From: a virus
Lineage: Duplodnaviria; Caudoviricetes
Length of the DNA: 34,659 nucleotides
IMG/VR virus record: IMGVR_UViG_3300012667_000931
Coordinates: 1 to 34,659 of that record
Reading direction: 5' to 3' (one strand)
In this document: piece by piece, positions 18,202 to 25,830 of the stretch
How positions within the stretch are numbered: position 1 is the stretch's first letter
How the letters are laid out: every line of letters begins with the position of its first letter
The notes under the pieces: generated by a model
What the model was told of the DNA's origin: nothing
Databases searched by the model: none
The model's input: the letters and a program-made list of their open reading frames with translations, nothing else
Program-made: the position numbers and the translations under genes

Positions 18202-20826
18202 ATGACCGATGTAGTCAATGTAGGCGCGGCACCCAACGACGGCACAGGCGACGCATTGCGCGCCGCTTTTGTGGCCATCAACCAGCGATTTTTGCAGACC
18301 GAGGGCCTGATGCTGGTCAACGCCCGCTACATCGGCGCGCTGTCAGCAAATCCAACTGCCCGCTATGACGGAACCCCGCTGCAAACTGGCGACTACTACG
18401 TCAACACCTCCACCAACCGTTTTCGGGTGTACCTCACCAGCGAATGGGTTGAGGTTGAGGATGTAGACGCCAAAGCAGCAGCAGACGCGGCAGCGGCCAG
18501 CGCCACCGCAGCAGCAGACAGCGCAGCCACTGCAACCACAGCCCGCGACAGCGCGCAAGTAAACGCCAAGGGCGCAGACACAATCGCAGCCGCTCGTGCG
18601 CTGGTTGCAGACACCGAGACTTTTAACGTCTACCCTCCCGGAGCCTTTACGTTTCAGTCGTATCGGCGCAACAGTAGCACAACTGAGACGTTTTTGGGCG
18701 AGTATCCAAGCGCCAGTGCAGCAATTCTGACAAGCGGTAATGTGTTGGGTACGGCCATTGGCTTTCAGGCGTCCGCAGAAGCATTTAACGGAGCCGTAAC
18801 AACATCATCAGGCGGTGTATTTGTTGGCTTCACTATCCCAGCAAACGCTGGCACTGGTGATACCACATACATTACCCGCTTTTTTGACGCAACAGCTTTG
18901 ATCGGTAAAACGGTTGATTTTGTTTCTACATACACAGTTAACTCTGGTTTTATAACAAATTGCCCTGCCCGTGCTAGTGCGCTGCAAGTAAGGATTAACG
19001 GCGTCACCACGACAGTTAGCACCTCAAGTGGCGCTTCTCGAACAATTACGCAGGTTGGCACGGAATTAACTGTAAAAACACGATACACCGTGCCAGCGGG
19101 CACGACAGATGTTGGCGTTCTGTACCAAGTTGCCGCAACATCAACAACCCAAACATTTGACAGGTCGATTGAAATTGTTTCTGCCAGTTATATATTGGTT
19201 CCCGGTGCAGGAAGTTCTGTAAATGATGTAATGTTCGATGCAAAGCTAGAAAAGTCATTTGTTGAAATACTCGACGGCTTTGCTTACAATACGACAGTAA
19301 TACAGGCTGGCGCTACTCGCACTTACACAACGCCAAAGGCTGCAAACGACGCCATTGTCGAAGCTACTGCACTGTCGCGCACAGAAATTGCGTTGGATGC
19401 AGGAACGTACAGCACAGACCCAGAAGGTTGGACGCTGGCGCAATACGCTACCATTAAAGGGTACGGCAGCACAAAGCCGGTCATCCATTACGCCGGTGCA
19501 GACGGCGATACTCACGCAAACAATGAAACCTTTTGGATCAAGCGCGATGCCGTAATTGATGGTGTTCGCGTGACGATCCGCAATGGCCGTTACGCTATTC
19601 ACGCTGAATCCGGGTCAATTGCGAACGGCGCAACTCAAGATTGTAAAGTTGTTATCAAAAACTCGGAAGTTGAGCATTTTGGTAACGTTAATAACAATTG
19701 GGCAACGCAGTCTGCATGGGGCAGCGGCATTTCCAGCGGGTGGCACGTTCGCAGCGAAAACAACATTTACCGTGCGCCAACTTCTGCATTTTTCTACCAT
19801 ACCAATTCTGGCTTTTCAAAGCCGACGCTGGTAGAAAACATTGGTGATACGTTTATCAATACGAACAATTCTGCCAATAGCAACATTGCTATTGACATTC
19901 AGCCGATGGGAAGCGGTCAGAAAGACCAGCACCGTTTGATTGGCTGCACCATTGACGGCATGCTTCGCTACACCGTCTATGCTTGGCAGCACACAACTAT
20001 TGATTACCAGCCTGCAAACCATTGTGAAATCGAATGCAGCGGCTATGGAAATACTCCCGCCGTTTTCCGTGTAACAGACTTTGGCCGCGCCTTGCGTATT
20101 CGTGCTGTTGCTGGGGCGGGTTCATCCGTAATTGTTTCTGGTGATGCTGTGCCGGTTATTTTTGGCACTGTGCGATCTTTTCCCGGCGTGGAAAACCTGC
20201 CCGCCTACATTGACGGTACGTTTGATGTTTCTGGTGTTGGTGTTGGCCCAAGTGCAAACATTTTCATCACATCTTTGGGCAAGAGATTAGGCAATTGCAC
20301 CAGCGTAAACAAAACTTTGACCGTTACCGTCAATGGCGGAGCGCCAACCAGTATTGTGTTTAATCAAGATTACACCAATGTGGACAACGCGACTGTCATT
20401 GCAGCGATTCAGTCGGCAGTTGGCGCAACGTCGCTGGCTGTTGTTGATACCTACGCGCCAGGCGAGCTTTATCACCCACGGCTCACCGATGAAGAGCGCA
20501 CTCTTTACAACCCGTCTGCAACCATTGGGATTCCGAAAGGGTCTGTTCTGGCTTTTGACGGTTCTCGCAAGTTCGTGCGTCTGATGACATCCTCGGACGC
20601 TGCATCGCTATTTGCTGGCGTCGCTCTAGAGGACATCTACCCGCTAACTTTTGGCCGCGTCAAAACACGCGGATGGCTGTGGCTACCTTATGTGCGAATG
20701 AGTGCTGGCAGCCTGACATTCGGCGCGACCATGAGCGTCGGCGCTACGCCAGGGCGCGTTGATGCTGGTGGATCGCAAGGGTTGCTTCGGGCGGTGCGTA
20801 CCGAGGCTGTTGAGGTGGCACCTTGA
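18202..20826 (+). CDS. Tail fibre/tailspike with NDGTGD anchor and probable parallel beta-helix (pectin-lyase-like) domain
   Basis: N-terminal VNVGAAPNDGTGDALRAAF..IN; Ala-rich stalk; TYTTPKAA...IALDAGTY and RYAIHAE beta-helix-type motifs; GC drops after ~18620. Confidence 0.8.
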   Translation: MTDVVNVGAAPNDGTGDALRAAFVAINQRFLQTEGLMLVNARYIGALSANPTARYDGTPLQTGDYYVNTSTNRFRVYLTSEWVEVEDVDAKAAADAAAASATAAADSAATATTARDSAQVNAKGADTIAAARALVADTETFNVYPPGAFTFQSYRRNSSTTETFLGEYPSASAAILTSGNVLGTAIGFQASAEAFNGAVTTSSGGVFVGFTIPANAGTGDTTYITRFFDATALIGKTVDFVSTYTVNSGFITNCPARASALQVRINGVTTTVSTSSGASRTITQVGTELTVKTRYTVPAGTTDVGVLYQVAATSTTQTFDRSIEIVSASYILVPGAGSSVNDVMFDAKLEKSFVEILDGFAYNTTVIQAGATRTYTTPKAANDAIVEATALSRTEIALDAGTYSTDPEGWTLAQYATIKGYGSTKPVIHYAGADGDTHANNETFWIKRDAVIDGVRVTIRNGRYAIHAESGSIANGATQDCKVVIKNSEVEHFGNVNNNWATQSAWGSGISSGWHVRSENNIYRAPTSAFFYHTNSGFSKPTLVENIGDTFINTNNSANSNIAIDIQPMGSGQKDQHRLIGCTIDGMLRYTVYAWQHTTIDYQPANHCEIECSGYGNTPAVFRVTDFGRALRIRAVAGAGSSVIVSGDAVPVIFGTVRSFPGVENLPAYIDGTFDVSGVGVGPSANIFITSLGKRLGNCTSVNKTLTVTVNGGAPTSIVFNQDYTNVDNATVIAAIQSAVGATSLAVVDTYAPGELYHPRLTDEERTLYNPSATIGIPKGSVLAFDGSRKFVRLMTSSDAASLFAGVALEDIYPLTFGRVKTRGWLWLPYVRMSAGSLTFGATMSVGATPGRVDAGGSQGLLRAVRTEAVEVAP

Positions 20827-21329
20827 TTACGCTTCATTACATTGGGCCGAAAAAGAGAAATTTGTTTTCCCGCGCGGGCTATCACGCAACGGTGTTTGGG
20901 CAGCGCGCATACGGGCCTGAGCTGGCGCGCATTACCCACACCGAGCTGTTGTTGTGCGGCCCGTGGCACAGTGCAAGCATCGCCAGCAGCAGCATCGTGA
21001 ATGGCGGCGTGCGTATCCGGCACAGCGTGCGGCTCAACCCGACGCATTGGATTGCATTGGAGCGGCCATTGTCGCCAGACCACGAAGCCGCGTTGATCGA
21101 CTGGTTTGTGCAGCACAAGGGCCAGCCCTACGACTTGCGCGGCGCTGGCGGTTGCGTAATGCCAGCCCTGGTGCAGCACGATAACGGCGCGTTTTACTGC
21201 ACCGAAGCCGTGGCATCAGCGGCCCGGTACGAAGCACCACACACCTTCTGCCCTGCCGCCTTCTATCTTTCCGAAATCGCTCTAGGCGCAACCGACATAA
21301 CCCGTCAATTTTTTGAAAGCCACGAATGA
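20823..21329 (+). CDS. Permuted papain-like (NlpC/P60, YiiX-like) protein
   Basis: His before Cys: ITHTEL...GQPYD...FYCTEAVA; TTGA overlap. Confidence 0.65.
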   Translation: MITLHYIGPKKRNLFSRAGYHATVFGQRAYGPELARITHTELLLCGPWHSASIASSSIVNGGVRIRHSVRLNPTHWIALERPLSPDHEAALIDWFVQHKGQPYDLRGAGGCVMPALVQHDNGAFYCTEAVASAARYEAPHTFCPAAFYLSEIALGATDITRQFFESHE

Positions 21330-21571
21330 CCGAAGAGCAAAAACAAGGCGCTCTAATCGTGCTGCGCCTATTGATAAAACAAGCACCATTCCACGCATTT
21401 GCCTTAACCTTTTTAATCTGGTGTACGGGCTTTATCACCGTGCCATGGGCCAACCAATACCAACCATTCACCCAAAACAATTTATATGCTCCAGGCCGTT
21501 GGCTCGTTTTTGTTTCATATTTTATTGCTTACGCAAATTACTATATATGGAAAGTAAAAAGAGGCAAATAA
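21326..21571 (+). CDS. Small AT-rich membrane protein
   Basis: 81 aa with two hydrophobic segments and a basic C-terminus; coupled on both sides. Confidence 0.6.
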   Translation: MTEEQKQGALIVLRLLIKQAPFHAFALTFLIWCTGFITVPWANQYQPFTQNNLYAPGRWLVFVSYFIAYANYYIWKVKRGK

Positions 21572-21933
21572 TGAACCCACAAACAATGGAGCCAGCCGCT
21601 TGGAAAATCATGATAATTGGTCTGGTTTCTGGGGTGGTCACTTACATCGAACAAATGGACGCTGCGCAAGTGGCGTCCTTTGTGATGGTCGCCTGCGGCC
21701 TGTTGCTCAAAGTAGTGCAGGCCGTCATGGACGGTGTGGACAAATACCAAACCCGGCGCGAAAAAGCCCGGGCCGACCGGCGCGAAGAGGAAATCCACGC
21801 ACTCACAGTCGCAAAGCTGCGGCGCGAGCTTGATGCAGCCATCCCCGCTCAGCACCCGCCCACCACGCCAGCCACCTGCCCGCCGCCACCAGCCGCGCCC
21901 CTTGCAACACCCCAGCCACCCCAAGCACCATGA
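21571..21933 (+). CDS. Holin-like membrane protein
   Basis: GAGG RBS; two hydrophobic stretches followed by charged RREKARADRREEEIH; upstream of the endolysin. Confidence 0.6.
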   Translation: MNPQTMEPAAWKIMIIGLVSGVVTYIEQMDAAQVASFVMVACGLLLKVVQAVMDGVDKYQTRREKARADRREEEIHALTVAKLRRELDAAIPAQHPPTTPATCPPPPAAPLATPQPPQAP

Positions 21934-22226
21934 GAGCACCACGCGCCCATTTTCCAGCACCCGACACAGAGCCCACCATAGATCGCTGGCGACACCGCCG
22001 CGCCCATGCGTGGCTCGCCGTCGTTGCCGGGCTGGCGTACCCGCTGCTGCTGCTGTGGACCGCCAGCGACCAGCTGGGCTCCATCGCCGTGTACTTTTAC
22101 AGCTTTTGCACCCTCGTCGTGACCGGCTACCACGTCCTGGCCACCATGGACGACAAATGGCAAGCCGCCCCCAAGCCACCCAGCACCCACACCGCAGCCA
22201 CCCCAGCCCAACAGGACGCCCCATGA
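21930..22226 (+). CDS. Holin/antiholin-like 2-TM protein
   Basis: DRWRHRR..AW, two TM segments, ATMDDKW; coupled to the endolysin start. Confidence 0.6.
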   Translation: MRAPRAHFPAPDTEPTIDRWRHRRAHAWLAVVAGLAYPLLLLWTASDQLGSIAVYFYSFCTLVVTGYHVLATMDDKWQAAPKPPSTHTAATPAQQDAP

Positions 22227-22756
22227 AAAAACGCATCTACACCGTGACCGCTGGCCACGACCACAACCGCCGTGGCGTGGCTGTTGACGGCTATCAAGAG
22301 GAGGTGCTCATGGCAGAGCTGCGCAACACCATTGCCATCAAACTTCGCGCCCGTGGCCACACCGTGCGCACCGACGGCGAGGGCTTGGCCAACCTGCCCC
22401 TGCCCCACGCCCTCACGCTCATCCCAGGCGCGCACACCGCCATCGAGCTGCACACCAACGCGGCAGCCAACCCCGCCGCATCGGGGGTCGAGGTCTACAG
22501 CCTGCCCAAGCACAAAGCCAAGGCCCAAGCCCTGGCGCAGTCCATCGCCACCGTGCTGCAAACCCGCGTGCGGGGTGACGGCGGCTGGGTGGACCAGTCC
22601 AAAAGCCAGCACGGCTCGCTGGGCTGGGTGCGCGCTGGTGGCCTGCTGATTGAGGTGTTTTTTTTGACCAACCCGGTCGAGCGCGCCGCCTACCTGGCCA
22701 GGGTGTGGCTGGTAGCCAGCGCCATCGTTGACGCGCTTGACGCCGAAAACGCTTGA
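22223..22756 (+). CDS. Endolysin, N-acetylmuramoyl-L-alanine amidase (Amidase_3)
   Basis: Zn-ligand/catalytic motifs AGH, E, ELHTNA and LIEVFF; AGGA RBS. Confidence 0.92.
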   Translation: MKKRIYTVTAGHDHNRRGVAVDGYQEEVLMAELRNTIAIKLRARGHTVRTDGEGLANLPLPHALTLIPGAHTAIELHTNAAANPAASGVEVYSLPKHKAKAQALAQSIATVLQTRVRGDGGWVDQSKSQHGSLGWVRAGGLLIEVFFLTNPVERAAYLARVWLVASAIVDALDAENA

Positions 22757-22789
22757 CCCGCCAGCGCTGGCCCGGTGATATTTTTGCAT

Positions 22790-22864
22790 TTATTTTTAGG
22801 CAAAGCTAAAAAATGCGGGTTTTCTTGATATAATTTATGCCATGGTGCAGCACAGGGCGGCACC
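22790..22864 (+). repeat. Repeat A copy 1: operator + extended -10 promoter + 5' hairpin
   Basis: 73/75 identical to 24437-24511. Contains TTAG-N6-CTAA (22796-22809), TGATATAAT (22826-22834) and a GGTGC..GCACC hairpin. Confidence 0.92.
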
Positions 22865-22882
22865 GCAACAAGGATACAGATC

Positions 22883-23368
22883 ATGAAAGCAGTTTTTCAA
22901 AACGCCATTACCACCCAAGACGCCGCCGCATTTTTGGCGGCAGCAAAGCAACACGGCATCACGCCCGAGAAAGTTATGCCATTCGCCGACAAGGCCGAGG
23001 TCAGGAAAACCGGCACTCAGGTGCTGGTGTCCGTTCTGGCAAGGTTTGACCGCCAAGACGGCGGCGACGGCTTGCGTGACGGCGCTACTGGTTTCCGCAA
23101 GACGGAAGATGCAAAAACATGCGCGTTTGCTTTGGCCGATTTAGCCAAAGTCACGGTGGCAGAAATCGCAAACCATCATCTTGTTTATCGTCTGTCAGAA
23201 GACGTGTACGTTTTCGAAAGCCGTGAAGGCATTCGATCTGACCCCGCTACATGGGGCGAAATAAGAAAAGCAGTTGAACAAGCTGCTTATCAGCAGCGCT
23301 GGGGATCGGCATTTGCAGAATGCCTGCTTGGGCTTGAGGTAGAAGGGCTGCCAGCCGCTTGCCAGTAA
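22883..23368 (+). CDS. Hypothetical cassette protein (161 aa)
   Basis: AAGGA RBS after repeat A; lower GC than the structural genes. Confidence 0.75.
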   Translation: MKAVFQNAITTQDAAAFLAAAKQHGITPEKVMPFADKAEVRKTGTQVLVSVLARFDRQDGGDGLRDGATGFRKTEDAKTCAFALADLAKVTVAEIANHHLVYRLSEDVYVFESREGIRSDPATWGEIRKAVEQAAYQQRWGSAFAECLLGLEVEGLPAACQ

Positions 23369-23379
23369 AGCCACCACAA

Positions 23380-23478
23380 CCCGCCGCCAAGCCCTGCGCG
23401 CCAGGGTTTGCCAGTGGAGCCACCACAACCCCGTGCCCGGCGGCACCGGGCAACGTCATCACCAACGAGAAAACCATG
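23380..23478 (+). repeat. Repeat B copy 1: double hairpin + RBS + ATG
   Basis: 93/99 identical to 24780-24878; partial extra copy at 23359-23382. Confidence 0.92.
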
Positions 23479-23781
23479 TACCCTTTCGAGATATTTTTCC
23501 TGAACAACGGCGATGCCGTGTTTCAAACTGAGCAGTTTGCGCACCGCTACGACAACATGGCGGAAATGGCGGGTGATTTCTGCACCTACCAAGATGCCGG
23601 AAGCACCAAAGACTGGGACGGCAACGAGCCCGAAAGCCGCACGGTTTGGGACGGCAGCATGGAGCGTAACGGCTCTTACTTGTGCGTGACCGAGGGTTGC
23701 TGGGGCGACCTGAACGCCGAATGGGGCTATAACACCGACAACTTCCTGCGCCACCTGGAAAACCTCGGGTATCAATCCTAA
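23476..23781 (+). CDS. Small acidic hypothetical cassette protein (101 aa)
   Basis: ATG supplied by repeat B; 18 D/E vs 5 K/R. Confidence 0.75.
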   Translation: MYPFEIFFLNNGDAVFQTEQFAHRYDNMAEMAGDFCTYQDAGSTKDWDGNEPESRTVWDGSMERNGSYLCVTEGCWGDLNAEWGYNTDNFLRHLENLGYQS

Positions 23782-23799
23782 AACGGTCGGCCACCCCCC

Positions 23800-24213
23800 A
23801 TGATCACCCCCGCCCTTGCCTACTACGCCACCCGCACCGCCCGCTGGATACCGCTGGCCCTGGCCGGTGCAGCGCTGGCCGCTACCGGCATCGCCTGGCA
23901 AGCTGAGCGCGCCGCCCACGCCCACACCCGGGCGCAGCACGCCGCCCAGGCCGAGCGCCAGGCCCGCGACACGCTGCGCCAAATCGAGCGCGGCCAGCAA
24001 GCCGCCGACACCTACACCACCGAAAAAGCCCATGCAAAAATCATCCGCGACACCATCACGGTCGAGGTGGACCGCATCATCACGCGCGACGTGTACCGCG
24101 CTGAGTGCTTTGATGCTGACGGCCTGCGCCAGCTCAGCACCGCCATTGATGCCGGTGCCCCCACCGCCCCAAGCCCTGACGACCCCCTGCCCGCCACTAA
24201 GCCACCCGAATGA
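23800..24213 (+). CDS. Inner-membrane spanin (Rz-like)
   Basis: N-terminal TM, Ala/Gln coiled coil, VYRAECFDADGLR. Confidence 0.8.
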   Translation: MITPALAYYATRTARWIPLALAGAALAATGIAWQAERAAHAHTRAQHAAQAERQARDTLRQIERGQQAADTYTTEKAHAKIIRDTITVEVDRIITRDVYRAECFDADGLRQLSTAIDAGAPTAPSPDDPLPATKPPE

Positions 24214-24322
24214 CGGCACCGGCGCAGCCCTGCTTCCATGGGCAGTAGCCACAGCCAGCGCCTACAACGACTGCGCCGCCCGCCACCGCGCCCTGGTGCA
24301 AGCCATCACCCCCGGCAAATAA
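24032..24322 (+). CDS. Outer-membrane lipoprotein spanin (Rz1-like)
   Basis: Overlapping +1 frame; lipobox LTAC (Cys codon 24125); Pro-rich; YNDCAARH. Start codon uncertain. Confidence 0.75.
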   Translation: MQKSSATPSRSRWTASSRATCTALSALMLTACASSAPPLMPVPPPPQALTTPCPPLSHPNDGTGAALLPWAVATASAYNDCAARHRALVQAITPGK

Positions 24323-24359
24323 CCCACCACCGCCCACGCAATCCTGATAAACTCGCCCC

Positions 24360-24432
24360 TGTCTCCTCGTGGTGCCCATGTGACAGCAGCAGCGCCTTAA
24401 ACCCCATCGCTCACCCCGATGGGGTTTTTTTT
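24360..24432 (+). ncRNA. Candidate anti-Shine-Dalgarno small RNA (betaproteobacterial toxic-sRNA-like)
   Basis: Extended -10 TGATAAACT at 24345-24353; transcript would begin (T)GTCTCCTC and end at an intrinsic terminator; no ORF. Confidence 0.5.
24399..24432 (+). terminator. Rho-independent terminator
   Basis: AAACCCCATCG-ctcaccc-CGATGGGGTTT followed by a T run (8 T after the GGGG). Confidence 0.9.
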
Positions 24433-24436
24433 GATC

Positions 24437-24511
24437 TTATTTTTAGGCAAAGCTAAAAAATGCGGGTTTTCTTGATATAATTCAGGCCATGGTGCAGCAC
24501 AGGGCGGCACC
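24437..24511 (+). repeat. Repeat A copy 2
   Basis: Offset 1647 from copy 1; TTAG-N6-CTAA at 24443-24456; TATAAT at 24476-24481; ATG at the same distance as in copy 1. Confidence 0.92.
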
Positions 24512-24529
24512 CAACCAAGGGCCAAAATC

Positions 24530-24778
24530 ATGCAAACAGTCAATCAGATAGGCATGCAAGCATTGAAAAGCTGGATTGAATCCACCACGCGAGCTGACGA
24601 AGTTGGTCCGCTTCACGCAACCGACCTTGATGCCTTAAGCGAATGGGCAGAAGAAGCAGAAGAAGCCGTGGCAAAAAACGGCCGCCCAACCGTGACCATG
24701 AGCGAAGTTGCCACAAAATCCGGTAAAGAAGAGGTTTTTACAATCCCGCCAGAAGGCTTAACCACTTGGGAAAACTGA
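24530..24778 (+). CDS. Small acidic hypothetical cassette protein (82 aa)
   Basis: AAGG RBS after repeat A; 15 D/E vs 6 K/R; similar to the N-terminal part of 24876-25259. Confidence 0.75.
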   Translation: MQTVNQIGMQALKSWIESTTRADEVGPLHATDLDALSEWAEEAEEAVAKNGRPTVTMSEVATKSGKEEVFTIPPEGLTTWEN

Positions 24779-24779
24779 C

Positions 24780-24878
24780 CCCACCGCCAAGCCTTGCGCG
24801 CCAGGGCTTGCCAGTGGAGCCACCACAACCCCGCGCCCGGCGGCACCGGGCAACGTCACCACCAACGAGGAAACCATG
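24780..24878 (+). repeat. Repeat B copy 2
   Basis: Offset 1400 from copy 1; GAGGA RBS and ATG. Confidence 0.92.
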
Positions 24879-25259
24879 CTCAAAGCGTACAAAGTCAACG
24901 AAACCGGCCTGCTGGCCATCAAGCGGTTTTTGGCTCAGCACCACAAACTGGGCGACAACTTCACCCGCGAAAACCTGCTAGCCTGGCTTTACGATGCCGA
25001 GGATCAACTGTCTTTTGACAACCCCGCCACCATCGAAATCCCGGGCATTGTCAGTGTGACCGGCAACCCGATCACATTTACAGTGCCAGACGATGGCTTA
25101 GACTTTGCCGAAGTTTGGAAGGCGTGGGAAGATGAAGACGGCGAAAGCGGAGCTGTAAAGTTTTTGGTTCCGGTTGGCCAAATGGTTGACGTGGCCGCGC
25201 TGGGTGCTTACGTGCTGGGTGTGGACCTGAGCACGTCCATCAACGTCAAGCGGGTGTGA
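24876..25259 (+). CDS. Hypothetical cassette protein (127 aa), paralogue of 24530-24778
   Basis: ATG from repeat B; shared VN..G..A.K / L..W...AE / FT.P..GL pattern. Confidence 0.75.
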   Translation: MLKAYKVNETGLLAIKRFLAQHHKLGDNFTRENLLAWLYDAEDQLSFDNPATIEIPGIVSVTGNPITFTVPDDGLDFAEVWKAWEDEDGESGAVKFLVPVGQMVDVAALGAYVLGVDLSTSINVKRV

Positions 25260-25603
25260 CCATGTTCACGGCAACTATCGACGGTCAAGTGCTGGCCACA
25301 AGCCCGGGTTGGGCCGGGTTGGAGGCGCGTTACAAAGGCACCGCCGTCATCATCAAAAACGAAAAAACGGGCGTTTCGTGGCCAGCCGACCCGGCTGCTT
25401 TTGACGCCGAGGCCGAGGCGCTCGACCTCGAAATCCAGTTCGATGCCGTGCATGCCAGCGCGCCCATTCGGTGGCGCATGCCAAACGCCGCCTGCCCAGA
25501 CGGCACCGGCTGGCACTCCACGCCCTACCAGACCTCAGACGCGGGGCACTGCGCAGCAACAGCCGAAAAAATGGTGCGCGCCTGGCTGGCCCTGAGCTAC
25601 TGA
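25256..25603 (+). CDS. Hypothetical protein (~115 aa)
   Basis: GTGA overlap (alternative ATG 25262); ends overlapping the convergent leftward operon. Confidence 0.65.
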   Translation: MTMFTATIDGQVLATSPGWAGLEARYKGTAVIIKNEKTGVSWPADPAAFDAEAEALDLEIQFDAVHASAPIRWRMPNAACPDGTGWHSTPYQTSDAGHCAATAEKMVRAWLALSY

Positions 25604-25830
25604 GCGCGCTTGTCTGGCAGGGCTTGCAGCTTTGCCGCGCACGCACCGCAGACCCACAGCGCCCGAAATCGGCGCGCGTCGGTCTGCGGTTTTTTTTGCT
25701 TGCACACCATGCAGTCCACCGCCTCCCCGGGCCTCAAGTCGGCCAGCCGGGTGATGACGCCACGCCCTGGCGCTGCCGCCGCTGGTGTTGCGCCTGCACC
25801 AGCGCCGCGCCGCTTGCTGGCCGGGCTCAC
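25597..25830 (-). CDS. Small Zn-finger-like protein
   Basis: CMVC...CGAC; GTGA-type overlap with the upstream minus-strand gene. Confidence 0.6.
   Translation of the reverse strand: MSPASKRRGAGAGATPAAAAPGRGVITRLADLRPGEAVDCMVCKQKKPQTDARRFRALWVCGACAAKLQALPDKRAQ

Noticed and set aside
22757-22786. Possible terminator after the endolysin
   Set aside because: Stem is short or imperfect and the U-tract is interrupted; read-through to the spanins is also expected.
24209-24223. NDGTG in the o-spanin matching the spike's NDGTGD motif
   Set aside because: A five-residue match in an unrelated lipoprotein context, without the flanking motif; likely coincidence.
22790-24878. Repeats A/B as a CRISPR array or integron attC array
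   Set aside because: Only two copies of each, 75-99 bp long, separated by whole genes. No cas or integron integrase gene, and no clear RYYYAAC/GTTRRRY ends.
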